The position numbers were made by a program, and so were the translations under genes. From an uncultured Candidatus Saccharibacteria bacterium (GTDB lineage Bacteria > Patescibacteriota > Minisyncoccia > Phycocordibacterales > WO2-35-19): a stretch of 64,000 bases of DNA. Position 1 is the first letter of the stretch. Each line of letters begins with the position of its first letter. Positions 1-9,214 of this stretch are shown piece after piece. The notes under the pieces were generated by a model. That model saw only the letters and a program-made list of their open reading frames with translations, searched no databases and had not been told where the DNA came from. The stretch is from the NCBI GenBank assembly GCA_964589445.1, contig CAZPQX010000001.1, positions 28,600 to 92,599 on the forward strand, read 5' to 3'.

Positions 1-168
1 CAAAGGCCCGGCACTGTGTCCACTTCCTGCCTCAAGCAAAGACTCGATTATCGAAATGCGAATATCATTTGCCGTACTCGCAAGAAATTTTATTTTTTCA
101 TCATTTAGTATTTGCATTGATTTAATTGTAAAACTAAAAATCAAAAACGAAAAGGTAAAAACAAAATT

Positions 169-840
169 TTACAACACTTGCATTTCTTTGATCACCTCCC
201 TAGGGTCGGGTGAATTAAAAATAGTTGAACTAGAAACAAATCGAGTTACTCCAGAATCTTTAAGTGATTTGATTGTTTCTTTACTCACTCCAATATCTAT
301 TTGTATCGGCACGGACGGGTGCCTTTTGTTAAATTCTGATATTTTTTGGAGCACCATTTCGTCAAGGCTCACACCGTTGTAGCCCACTCTGTCGTTTCCC
401 ATAAACTGCACAAAGTCTATCATTGGCAAATACTGTTCTAACAGAGAAGAGTCTACAGAAGGCTTGATACCAACTCCAGCTTCGCATCCTGAGTTTTTGG
501 CAGCTTCTATGCATTCTTTTGTATGGTCAGTAGAGTCTATGTGGATGACGAAACTCTTGGCACCCATAGAAATAAAATCAGTGATGTATTCCACCGGGTG
601 AAATGTGAGCATATCTACCTCAAAATCAAATTCATCAATAAGAGGAAACTTTTCTTCTCCCCTTACGAACTGGATCATCTCTTCAAATTGGTTGCCATTA
701 AAAGGCCATGTCTTAGGCGGAGCGTATTCTCCATCCACTATGTCTATTTGTACTTTTTTGACACTACCCACCACCTTCGAAAATGTTTCTCTGACCATTT
801 TCAAATTTTGAGGAATGATGGCTGGTATGATTTCGTTCAT
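169..840 (-). CDS. rpe: ribulose-phosphate 3-epimerase-like
   Basis: 223 aa; N-terminal 'IIPAIIP...VQIDIVDGEYAPP' pattern parallels the Rpe 'IAPSIL...HVDVMDGHFVPN' region; (beta/alpha)8-type spacing; sits next to rpiB. Confidence 0.7.
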   Translation of the reverse strand: MNEIIPAIIPQNLKMVRETFSKVVGSVKKVQIDIVDGEYAPPKTWPFNGNQFEEMIQFVRGEEKFPLIDEFDFEVDMLTFHPVEYITDFISMGAKSFVIHIDSTDHTKECIEAAKNSGCEAGVGIKPSVDSSLLEQYLPMIDFVQFMGNDRVGYNGVSLDEMVLQKISEFNKRHPSVPIQIDIGVSKETIKSLKDSGVTRFVSSSTIFNSPDPREVIKEMQVL

Positions 841-847
841 TTTTTAG

Positions 848-1318
848 TTATGGATTTATATAGAGAGATTCTTCCATTTTGTCTATTTCTCTAAGCCTCC
901 TTATGTGTCTACTCTCTTCTGAAAATTCTGTCTTGAGCCAGAGCTCGACTGCTTCCTTGGCCTCCTCTTCAGAAATAAACCGGGCTCCTAGGGAAAGTAC
1001 ATTTGAGTCGTTGTGTTCTCGTGAAAGTTTTATTATTTCTTTATTGCCTCCGTAGTAAACCACTGCGCGCACATTGGGGAATCTGTTTGCGACTATCGCC
1101 TCTCCTTGGCCGCTTCCACCAAGGATAATGCCTTTGGAGTTTTCTGCATCCTTAAATACCTCCACTCCCACCTTTTCTACTTCGAGGGGGTAGTCGTCTC
1201 CTTCTTTAAATTCTTTTGGCCCCAAATCCACCGCCTCAAACCCGAGAGTTTTGACAAACTCCACTAAAGTTTCCTTGAGTTTAAACCCGGCATGATCTGA
1301 TGCAAAAAATATTTTCAT
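848..1318 (-). CDS. rpiB: ribose-5-phosphate isomerase B
   Basis: 156 aa; 'MKIFFASDHAGFKLKE' N-terminus and 'GGSGQGEAIVANR' match the RpiB/LacAB family. Confidence 0.85.
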   Translation of the reverse strand: MKIFFASDHAGFKLKETLVEFVKTLGFEAVDLGPKEFKEGDDYPLEVEKVGVEVFKDAENSKGIILGGSGQGEAIVANRFPNVRAVVYYGGNKEIIKLSREHNDSNVLSLGARFISEEEAKEAVELWLKTEFSEESRHIRRLREIDKMEESLYINP

Positions 1319-1330
1319 AAAAGTTAACTT

Positions 1331-2389
1331 TTACAAATACTTACCTATCGCAAGTACGTGCTTCACCAGTGTCGCTGTGTACCCCATCTCGTTGTCATAC
1401 CAAGCGCACACTTTGACCAAGTTACCGCTGACGACACGAGTGAGCCCAAGGTCGGCGATAGAGCCATAGAGTGAGCCGATGATGTCAGAAGAGACTATAG
1501 GGTCGTTGGTGACAGTGAAGATACCTTCCCATCTTTTCTCCTTGGCTGCTTCGGTGAGTATTTGGTTTATTTCTTCAACACTAGTGTCTCTCTTGGCGAT
1601 AAGGGTGATGTCAGCGATAGACCCAGCGACTACAGGCACTCTCATAGAGATGCCATCAAACTTACCTTCAAGGTCGGGGATGGCTTTGGTGACTGCGATA
1701 GCGGCTCCAGTAGAAGTGGGTAATATATTTTGAGCCCCAGCTCTACCCTCTTTAAAATCTTTTTTGTTTGGACCATCGACTATCGACTGGCTAGCTGTGT
1801 ATCCGTGCACTGTGTTCAAAATAGCCTTTTCGATACCTATCTTTTCGTGGAGTATCTGCATGAGTGGGCTGCCTGCATTGGTAGTACAAGATGCATTTGA
1901 AGAAACCTTTGACTTCTCTAGTTTTTCGTCATTTATACCCATGAGCACAGTTGCCTGTGTCTCGTCAGCGGGCGCGTCTTTGGCTGGAGCTGTGATGACC
2001 ACTCTCTTTGCCCCAGCTTCGACATGCACTTTTGCCTTTTCAAAAGAAGTGAAGGCACCTGTCGACTCTATCACCACATCAATATTTAAATCCTTCCAAG
2101 GCAAGAGGTTTGCTTCCTTTTCAGAGAGAAAAATTATTTCTCTCTGACCCCGCGAAGCTTCAGCGGAGTGGGGTCCAATTATTATCGCTTTCTTATCGTC
2201 CCTTACAGAAACAGGAAACTGAGCCGGCCCATAAGCAGTATCGTATTTGATAAGGTAAGCGATATTTTCGATGTCACCTAAGTCATTGATAGCTACCACT
2301 TCTATTTCTGGGTTTTTTTGAGAAAGTTTGAGAAATGCTCTACCTATCCTTCCTGCGCCGTTTATTGCCACTCTAATTTTTTTATCCAT
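1331..2389 (-). CDS. gap: glyceraldehyde-3-phosphate dehydrogenase
   Basis: 352 aa; 'INGAGRIGR' NAD-binding motif and 'ASCTTN' catalytic-Cys motif. Confidence 0.95.
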   Translation of the reverse strand: MDKKIRVAINGAGRIGRAFLKLSQKNPEIEVVAINDLGDIENIAYLIKYDTAYGPAQFPVSVRDDKKAIIIGPHSAEASRGQREIIFLSEKEANLLPWKDLNIDVVIESTGAFTSFEKAKVHVEAGAKRVVITAPAKDAPADETQATVLMGINDEKLEKSKVSSNASCTTNAGSPLMQILHEKIGIEKAILNTVHGYTASQSIVDGPNKKDFKEGRAGAQNILPTSTGAAIAVTKAIPDLEGKFDGISMRVPVVAGSIADITLIAKRDTSVEEINQILTEAAKEKRWEGIFTVTNDPIVSSDIIGSLYGSIADLGLTRVVSGNLVKVCAWYDNEMGYTATLVKHVLAIGKYL

Positions 2390-2486
2390 GGGTTTTTATT
2401 CTTACTTGTAGTCCTCAAATTATACTACTCTGTACCCACTTTTACACCCTACTTTGTGCATATAAAAATTGGCAAAAGGAAAACCC

Positions 2487-2524
2487 CTTCGGCATCGTTC
2501 GAACTGATGACGCCGAAGGGGGTG
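2487..2524 (-). terminator. rho-independent terminator hairpin, minus-strand sense
   Basis: Perfect 10-bp stem ccccttcggc/gccgaagggg; on the minus strand it is followed by UUUUCCUUUUG. Confidence 0.5.
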
Positions 2525-2728
2525 TAGACGAGCATAGGTCCAGTGGTTGAACATGAATCTTGCATGGAAACCAATCATAAACTCTTAGTCCCACATTGGG
2601 GGACGGATATTTACAAAAGGCAGCCATTCCTTTTTAGGGGCTCATTTTTGGCTTTCAAGCTCAGCTTGAAAGCGGTAATGATACTCACATGTTGCAAGTG
2701 ACTGGGTTGGCGGTGTGTCCGCCTTACA
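2525..2728 (-). ncRNA. candidate small structured RNA of about 200-240 nt, identity unknown
   Basis: GC-rich non-coding stretch in an AT-rich genome. A near-consensus sigma70 promoter lies on the minus strand (TTGACA, 17 nt, TATAGT at about 2735-2767). A strong terminator lies at 2487-2524. The only ORF (2442-2627) runs through the terminator hairpin. Confidence 0.3.
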
Positions 2729-2734
2729 TCGTCT

Positions 2735-2767
2735 TCTGACCACTATAATAAATATTCCTAAAATTTT
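2735..2767 (-). promoter_or_regulatory. sigma70-like promoter (TTGACA-17-TATAGT) on the minus strand
   Basis: rc of 2735-2767 reads TTGACAAAATTTTAGGAATATTTATTATAGTGG. Confidence 0.4.
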
Positions 2768-2849
2768 GTCAAGTGTTTTTAAAAAAATCACATAAACAGA
2801 AAACCCGCTGCGGACAGCAGAGGACTCTCTGCTACCGCACGCGGGCTAT

Positions 2850-3113
2850 TTAGCGAGGTGCCAAGGTGATGAAGTATTCGCCGTAATGGTCGGTACCGAA
2901 TTCTGCCTTCTTCCACCCGCCGGTCGCCGTATATTTCCTGGCGACCTCTTTCACTATGCGAGGAGTGTGGTTGGGTGATTTTGGTACCGGGAAAACACAA
3001 TTTTCTCCAGGAACAAAGTTGTTCATCAGGAAAAGATCACACTTTTCTTCGAGGTGTTTTGCGTAGATCAGCTCGTCGCTGTTCAACGCCAAATCTTTTG
3101 GTGTCAAAGCCAT
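2850..3113 (-). CDS. hypothetical small protein (87 aa)
   Basis: ORF with locally elevated GC; hairpin 2796-2840 lies just downstream; no recognisable motifs. Confidence 0.3.
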   Translation of the reverse strand: MALTPKDLALNSDELIYAKHLEEKCDLFLMNNFVPGENCVFPVPKSPNHTPRIVKEVARKYTATGGWKKAEFGTDHYGEYFITLAPR

Positions 3114-3257
3114 TTTTTGGTTCTCCTTTATATATTATAGCAAACTTACAGGATTTGTCAACCAAGTTAGAAATATTATTTCTAACTGGGTCAATAGCAA
3201 AAATAACACCAAAAAACACCACTTTTAGGGGTGTTTTTTGTGCTTTATTTTGAGTAT

Positions 3258-5636
3258 TTAAGCCGTTTTGGATTCCTTTGTTGTAGCCGTTGTGTTTACT
3301 ATATCGTCTATTGAGCAAACTCCAGAGGCACAAGCGAGCTCTTGCTTCGAGTCTATCTCATCACTTCCCTCGTAAGTCACTATCTTAGAGAAGTCGATGT
3401 GCTCTAGCCTCTTCATGAGCTCGGTATAAGTCTTCTCATCTATCTTTTCATACGGAGCGAGCTGGTAGACATGGTTGTCTCGAGGGAGGAAAGAAAGTCC
3501 GCCGATGATGTCCCAATTCTTGTAGAGCCAGTTTGCCACCTCTATCCACTCGTCTTCGCCTACTGATATGGTGGTCGAAGGGTTGTGCTCGGTGAAATTC
3601 TCCTTTACCTGCTTCCAGTACTCAAGCTGCTCTATTGCAGTCTGGTCATCTTTGAAAGCTGTGGTCTTTGGAGATTTGACTGGGAAGTCGATGACATAGG
3701 TAGTCGCATTTTCCATGGTCTGTCCGACTTCTGGGTTGTAAGGCACGCCCTGGTCTTTAAGCATTTTAAATAGTGAGTCTGTAGCCGCTATCCTCACTCT
3801 CCTGATGTAATACTCTGAGAATCGTGGGTGGACTCCAGAAGAAGAGTCGACAGTCTGAGATAGGTTGCCAGAAGGTTTGGTACAAGTGATGCAAGTAGAC
3901 TCAGGGATATCAAACCTCTTTGCAAATTGCCTGTTTACTTTTATCGCCTCGAGCTTGAGCTCTCTCATCACCTCTGGCTTCCTGACCACAGGAGAGTCCC
4001 ACTGACCGGTGATAGATACGCCGAGGAGTCTCTCCTTGTCGCAATTTTCTTTCCATTCTTTTGAAAGGTATGGGAATTTGGTAAGTGTCGCTTGGTAAGT
4101 ACCGATGATAGCAGCCACTCTAACCTTTTTCTTCAAGCTTTCGAGGGTGTCGCTGTGGCGAGCCACTACTTCAGAGAGGTTACAAAATTGCTTTGACTGG
4201 AGGATGATTTCACCACATGGGTTGGTGCCTACAGGCTTCAAAAATTTGTTATCTTCGGAGACGACACCTGTTTCCTTGAATAACTTAATTCTTCTTTCTG
4301 GCAATGTTTTGACGAGACCACCACGGTTGAATATGCCTCTCTCGCCTGCATTTGATTTGATAAGGGCAAGCCATTCATCTAGGAATTGTTCGTTAGTAGG
4401 CTTTTCGTTGTAAACTGCGCTGTTGTTTGCGAGCATCCTCTGTGGGTCTGTGTTCCAAAATTGTCCTTTCTTTGCGTCTCTTATCTCATCGTCCTCAAGG
4501 TCGGAAAGAGAGATCATAGCGCTCCTTCTCACGCCTCCCGCGACAACACACTCTCCTATCTTGCAAATGATGTCATGAGCGTCTATCGTGCGGAGTCTCT
4601 TGCCCTGTCTCGCTAGCATTTTTGATTTGGTAAATCGCAAAACATCCATAAGTGGTTGAGGGCCTGAAGATTTGCCACCCATAGTAGCGAGTCTTGCTCC
4701 GGCAGGGCGAAGCTGTGAGAAATCAAACTCCACATCCTTACCTTCTGCCCAAGTGTTCATACCCAAAGAAAGTGCGTCGGCCCAACCTTCCTTGCTGTCA
4801 GGTATGACATGTACAAGAGGTTTACCTCCAGTCTGTTTTTGTATTTGAGGAAGTTTCTCTATGTTGTCACTTTCTACAGACCAACCAGCTCCAGTGCCAC
4901 ACATGGAGATATACATTATTTCAGCGAAGTCTTGGAATGAGCTAGGAGCGATATAGGAGCAGTTGTAAGCACAGACATTTGTCGCTCTAGCTGCCTTACC
5001 TGCAAATTGGAGGAGCCTCATCGAAGGCATGGCTTCTTGTTTCAAAATAGTTTCTCTCACTTCTTCGTATTCTGCTTCCTTGAGTTTCTCGCCCAAATTT
5101 TCTTTCATAAAGCTCATGTATCTGTCCACTGTTTCCATCCAAGTTTCTCTTCTGTTCTCTTCAGCCATCCATTTTGAATATGTCCTGTAGTAGATAAACT
5201 CACCCAAAGCATTTTTGAAATATTTTTTGCTATCAGAAGCAAGCTTTTTTACTCTTTCTGGCACTGCAATACCCTTTAAGCGGACTTCTGATCTTCTTTG
5301 TCTATAGAGAATGTAGTTTTTGGCAGTATTTACGTATTCAGAAAGTATAAGCTCTTTTTCGACGCTATCTTGTATACCCTCTACATTTGGCAAAAAGTTT
5401 TTGAACTTCTTTGAAATCCTCACCAAATCCGCAAGCACCTTGTGAGCCACCATACGAGCCTCTGCTTCGCTGCCTTCGTTTGAGGCCACCATAGCTTTGT
5501 TTATGGCATTTACTATCCTCTCAAAATCAAAAGATGCGATGGAGCCATCTCGCTTTTGTACTTTCTTTATGAAATCTTCCATAGCACTTTTTTTAGTTTG
5601 CTTTATTGAAGAGGATTTTTTTGCTATTTTTGCCAT
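3258..5636 (-). CDS. ribonucleotide reductase catalytic subunit with N-terminal ATP-cone (probably class II, B12-dependent; no nrdB neighbour)
   Basis: 792 aa; ATP-cone 'VQKRDGSIASFDFERIVNAINKA'; active-site 'TNPCGEI'; C-terminal Cys pair 'ACASGVC'; no small-subunit gene nearby. Confidence 0.8.
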   Translation of the reverse strand: MAKIAKKSSSIKQTKKSAMEDFIKKVQKRDGSIASFDFERIVNAINKAMVASNEGSEAEARMVAHKVLADLVRISKKFKNFLPNVEGIQDSVEKELILSEYVNTAKNYILYRQRRSEVRLKGIAVPERVKKLASDSKKYFKNALGEFIYYRTYSKWMAEENRRETWMETVDRYMSFMKENLGEKLKEAEYEEVRETILKQEAMPSMRLLQFAGKAARATNVCAYNCSYIAPSSFQDFAEIMYISMCGTGAGWSVESDNIEKLPQIQKQTGGKPLVHVIPDSKEGWADALSLGMNTWAEGKDVEFDFSQLRPAGARLATMGGKSSGPQPLMDVLRFTKSKMLARQGKRLRTIDAHDIICKIGECVVAGGVRRSAMISLSDLEDDEIRDAKKGQFWNTDPQRMLANNSAVYNEKPTNEQFLDEWLALIKSNAGERGIFNRGGLVKTLPERRIKLFKETGVVSEDNKFLKPVGTNPCGEIILQSKQFCNLSEVVARHSDTLESLKKKVRVAAIIGTYQATLTKFPYLSKEWKENCDKERLLGVSITGQWDSPVVRKPEVMRELKLEAIKVNRQFAKRFDIPESTCITCTKPSGNLSQTVDSSSGVHPRFSEYYIRRVRIAATDSLFKMLKDQGVPYNPEVGQTMENATTYVIDFPVKSPKTTAFKDDQTAIEQLEYWKQVKENFTEHNPSTTISVGEDEWIEVANWLYKNWDIIGGLSFLPRDNHVYQLAPYEKIDEKTYTELMKRLEHIDFSKIVTYEGSDEIDSKQELACASGVCSIDDIVNTTATTKESKTA

Positions 5637-5879
5637 ATTTTTGTAAAAAATTTAATAATTTAATAATTTTTTATCGTTTTTTTAATAAATTTAAAAAAAT
5701 CAGTTCAATTATTTTACAATTTTAAAAGAGCTACCACACTGTGGATAAGGCAAAAAACATCCACTCCAAAACAATTAAATTTTTATGTAAAGACTATTGT
5801 CTAATCACTGTTGTTTACAAGAGATGTTTGGGTACAAAAAAATTATTTTCAATTTTTACAAAATTTAAAATATGAAAAA

Positions 5880-5906
5880 GGTCGCCGACACCTCGCATCG
5901 GCGACC
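5880..5906 (-). terminator. terminator hairpin for the DUF192 gene
   Basis: ggtcgccga...tcggcgacc 9-bp stem, followed on the minus strand by CUUUUUCAUAUU. Confidence 0.5.
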
Positions 5907-6032
5907 TTATGGTAGCTTCGTTCACCACACTAGCAAGGCAATGTAGTGCAGCCTTGCAAAGGTGTGAGCGTTTACTCCATGGGAGTTGCTACCTAGATCA
6001 AAAACTTATCATTTTTAAAAACATGTCAACAA

Positions 6033-6548
6033 CTACTGTATCTCCACCAAATACCAGGCACCAATGCCGTGAGATTCAAAAAAACCAGCGTTTGTCTCTA
6101 AAACATACAAAGACTTAGCTGGAGGAAAGAAAACTTTAGGAAAAGTGTTGGGAGATACATCTTTTTCTATATGTACGATTGCTCCATTTTTATCTACCCA
6201 GGCTATATCTATAGGGAAAGCCATCTCTTTCATCCAAATACCTGGGTATGTCTCTTCTTCAAACACAAAAAGCATTACCCTATCCTTCTCCAAAGACTCT
6301 CTACCCGAAAGTCCTCTCTCTCTTTCACTATCTTCATCCAAAATTTCAGCTTCAAACTCCACACCTCCTATTTTTATAGTCTCCGATTCTTTTTTAGTTA
6401 TCATCTCTGGATTGGTCTCTTTTTGGGCAATCTGTTTGGTAGTCGTATTTATTTTATTTGTTTTTTTGATCCAAAAAATACCGGTAGTAACAAAAAATAT
6501 TAAACAAAAAGTAAGGGTGGTAAAAAACAAGTATTTAAAATATTTCAT
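6033..6548 (-). CDS. DUF192 (COG1430) family protein, N-terminal membrane anchor
   Basis: 171 aa; 'FPIDIAWVDKNGAIV' is typical of DUF192; N-terminal hydrophobic helix. Confidence 0.7.
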   Translation of the reverse strand: MKYFKYLFFTTLTFCLIFFVTTGIFWIKKTNKINTTTKQIAQKETNPEMITKKESETIKIGGVEFEAEILDEDSERERGLSGRESLEKDRVMLFVFEEETYPGIWMKEMAFPIDIAWVDKNGAIVHIEKDVSPNTFPKVFFPPAKSLYVLETNAGFFESHGIGAWYLVEIQ

Positions 6549-6571
6549 AAACTAATTCTACACCTACAAGC

Positions 6572-6602
6572 AAAACAAAAACACCCTCGATTGCTCGAGG
6601 GT
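6572..6602. terminator. hairpin terminator downstream of the RRM gene
   Basis: caccctcga...tcgagggtg stem flanked by T/A runs on both sides. Confidence 0.5.
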
Positions 6603-6627
6603 GTTTTTGTTTTGAGGAACTATGGTA

Positions 6628-6921
6628 TTACCTACCGAAGCCACCTCTGCTACCACCTGTATTACGAGGTCTGTCCTCCTTAGGACGAGCTTCGTTTACA
6701 GTGAGAGCTCTACCGTCTACATCTTTGCCGTTTAGGCCGTCGATTGCAGCAGTAGCTTCAGCTTCATTTGTCATAGTGACAAATCCGAAACCTTTTGAGC
6801 GGCCGTCTGTTCTGTCGATAACGACAGCAGCCTCGCTCACTTCGCCGAACTCAGAGAACATAGCTTTGAGATCAGCATCAGTTGTTTTGTAGGGTAAATT
6901 ACCTACGAAAAGCCTTTTCAT
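6628..6921 (-). CDS. RRM-type RNA-binding protein with Gly/Arg-rich tail
   Basis: 'KRLFVGNLPY' (RNP2) and 'KGFGFVTM' (RNP1), C-terminal 'GGSRGGFGR'; start placed at the internal Met 'MKRLFVG', since the longer ORF has an implausible N-terminus. Confidence 0.8.
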   Translation of the reverse strand: MKRLFVGNLPYKTTDADLKAMFSEFGEVSEAAVVIDRTDGRSKGFGFVTMTNEAEATAAIDGLNGKDVDGRALTVNEARPKEDRPRNTGGSRGGFGR

Positions 6922-7025
6922 TGCGAACTTTTTATTTTTTTTGATTAAAACGACCAAGCGCTTCCGCCTGATTGTTTGCAAACAATAAGCTCGCAAAACA
7001 AACTAGAAGAAACCCGCTTACCCAT

Positions 7026-7715
7026 CTATTGTATCACCTTTTTGCCTTTGAGGTCAAGACCGATAGTCACAGCGTCCCTTATCACCTTATCGCCAAGGTC
7101 AGAGAAGAAAGAGGCTGATCCAAATTTAACTTCCCAATCAGCTCTGTTTATAGCAAAAGAGCCCTTTGCATAAATGTTGCCAGCTTCATCCGAAGAAAGC
7201 GTAGCTGTAAAGGAAACTGGCTTTGTGATGCCTTTGAGAGTCAAATCACCAGAAAAAACGTATCTACCTGCCGCAGCTCCAGCTTCGCTAGAAGAGCTAA
7301 CGCTTTTTAGAGTAAATTTACCAGTTGGATGAGTAGTTACACCAAAGAAATCATCGCTCCTAAGGTGTTTTTCAAGATCTGCAATGTTTTCATCGCTTTC
7401 TATTGTATTCATGTCGATGACAAACTCTCCAGAAGCGACACCATTTTGATCTACAACGAAATTTCCTGAAGAAAGTTTTATTGTACCAGTATGCCCACCC
7501 CCAACTATCTTTTCACCCTGCCATGTGATAACACTTGTTTCTGCATTTACATCATAACTACCCTTCTCAACTGCAGATATGCTAGTAGTTGAAGACGCCA
7601 TATTTTGTTCTAAAGCAAGGTTTTCTTCTACTGGAGCCTTAGTTTCTCTACTAAAAGCAAACGCAGCAATTGCTACAACCACTATCACACCAGCTATAAT
7701 ATAAGTATTTTTCAT
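7026..7715 (-). CDS. YceI-like periplasmic/secreted protein
   Basis: 229 aa; signal/anchor N-terminus; 'VTTHPTGKFTLKS' and 'GDLTLKGITKPVSF' are typical of the YceI family. Confidence 0.8.
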   Translation of the reverse strand: MKNTYIIAGVIVVVAIAAFAFSRETKAPVEENLALEQNMASSTTSISAVEKGSYDVNAETSVITWQGEKIVGGGHTGTIKLSSGNFVVDQNGVASGEFVIDMNTIESDENIADLEKHLRSDDFFGVTTHPTGKFTLKSVSSSSEAGAAAGRYVFSGDLTLKGITKPVSFTATLSSDEAGNIYAKGSFAINRADWEVKFGSASFFSDLGDKVIRDAVTIGLDLKGKKVIQ

Positions 7716-7900
7716 GAATCGTGTTTTTTTAATTTAATCCTTTTAATTTGCCTTTTTAGACATTTTTAGTATTATATTGGAGCTTGAGTACGTTATCAAG
7801 TATTTTTCGTTTTTGCTTACTTTTACGGAAGGTAAAACTTGGCGGCAAAACCTAAAATCATTATTAAAGTAACCATGCCAAGTTAGTTGTATTATTATAA

Positions 7901-8977
7901 ATGACAAAAGAAATAGAAAGCATCAGTTTGATGCAAAAACTCCTCGATGAATCCATTCTACCTCCTGCCAAAGAAAGCATAGTAGAAGGAACTGTTATAT
8001 CTATAGGTAAAAATGCTGTTTATGTAAATCTCTCACCTTGGGGAACTGGGGTGATATTTGGACGTGAATACATAAACGCGAGAGACCTGATAAAGAAGAT
8101 AAACATCGGGGACAGCATCACTGGTAAGGTTATCGGTTCAGACAATGAGGACGGTTATATAGAAATCTCACTCAAGGAAGCAAAACAAGCCATAATATGG
8201 AGCGAAGCTGAGATGGCGATAAGGGACAAGAAGGTATTCGAGTTAACCATAAACGAAGCCAACAAAGGTGGGCTCATGCTATCTTGGCAGGGCATCACAG
8301 GCTTCCTTCCTGCTTCTCAACTCAAGACAGAACACTACCCTAGAGTTGCTGATGGAGACAAAGATAAAATACTCGACGAGCTTAGGAAGCTTGTTGGTAC
8401 AAAGATAGATGTAGTCATTATCGGAGTAAATGCTAAAGAAGGTAAGCTTATATTCTCAGAAAAAGATACTGACAGCGGTGAGAAGGGTAAGATGATGGAT
8501 AAATACACTCTAGGTGATGAGCTTATGGGTGAAGTGACTGGCATAGTAGATTTCGGAATATTCGTAAAAATAGAAGACGGACTCGAAGGTCTAGTACACA
8601 TTTCCGAAATAGACTGGGGCCTAGTCGAAAACCCACACAAATTCGCCAAAGTTGGAGATAGGGTCAAGGTCAAGATCATAGAAATAAAAGACGGAAAGAT
8701 TTCCCTATCTATGAAAGCTTTGAAGGAAAACCCATGGAGCGAAGCTAAGAATAAATACAAGAAGGACGACATGGTGACTGGTGTTATCATCAAGTTCAAC
8801 AAGCACGGTGCCCTTGCTTCTATCGAAGAAGGAGTAGCAGGTCTTGTACACATCTCAGAGTTCGGTAGTGAAGAAAAACTCAGAGAGAAACTTGAGCTTG
8901 GTAAGACATACAAATTCAAGATCACAATCTTCGATCCTAAGGATCAAAAGATGGCCTTGTCTTTCCTCGAGAAATAA
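7901..8977 (+). CDS. rpsA: 30S ribosomal protein S1 (short, 4 S1 domains)
   Basis: 358 aa; four repeated S1 OB-fold units ('G.V..I...G.FV.L..GL.GL.HISE'). Confidence 0.85.
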   Translation: MTKEIESISLMQKLLDESILPPAKESIVEGTVISIGKNAVYVNLSPWGTGVIFGREYINARDLIKKINIGDSITGKVIGSDNEDGYIEISLKEAKQAIIWSEAEMAIRDKKVFELTINEANKGGLMLSWQGITGFLPASQLKTEHYPRVADGDKDKILDELRKLVGTKIDVVIIGVNAKEGKLIFSEKDTDSGEKGKMMDKYTLGDELMGEVTGIVDFGIFVKIEDGLEGLVHISEIDWGLVENPHKFAKVGDRVKVKIIEIKDGKISLSMKALKENPWSEAKNKYKKDDMVTGVIIKFNKHGALASIEEGVAGLVHISEFGSEEKLREKLELGKTYKFKITIFDPKDQKMALSFLEK

Positions 8978-9041
8978 TTTAATCTTACACAAGATGGTTT
9001 GGGGTAGCTGATACGAGCACCCCACAGAAACGGCGCCCTGT

Positions 9042-9082
9042 AATCCAGATCAACAAGGGGGCGCCGTTTTCTATTTGCAAAA
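9042..9082 (+). terminator. rho-independent terminator after rpsA
   Basis: cggcgccc...gggcgccg stem followed by TTTTCTATTT. Confidence 0.5.
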
Positions 9083-9154
9083 ATATTTTAATACTATATA
9101 TTACCAAAAGCCTTGGACCGTGCTCTGGAATAATGGGATTCCTAATTCCATTAT

Positions 9155-9197
9155 TCCTCTGAGTCAGGAGACCCGTGCCGAACGCTTTTCACCGCCG
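9155..9197 (+). terminator. second plus-strand terminator (cccgtgccg...cggcacggg + TTTTATATTT)
   Basis: Strong hairpin plus U-run in plus sense only; the region 9090-9200 between the two terminators has a TTGCAA-17-TATATT promoter-like element and a 10-bp inverted repeat ggaataatgg/ccattattcc. Confidence 0.35.
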
Positions 9198-9214
9198 GCA
9201 CGGGTTTTATATTT

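Noticed and set aside
1479-2147. Plus-strand ORFs 1479-1733 and 1764-2147
   Set aside because: Antisense to gap.
2442-2627. 61-aa minus-strand ORF
   Set aside because: Reads straight through the strong terminator hairpin of the candidate sRNA; unlikely to be translated.
5743-5751. Chromosomal replication origin (oriC), on the basis of a perfect DnaA box; a second TGTGGATAA lies at 60921-60929
   Set aside because: Only single boxes are present, there is no dnaA/dnaN neighbourhood, and the second box lies inside a hairpin loop in the GC-rich island. The evidence is insufficient for an origin.
8335-8925. 196-aa minus-strand ORF
   Set aside because: Antisense to rpsA; S/L-rich low-complexity product.
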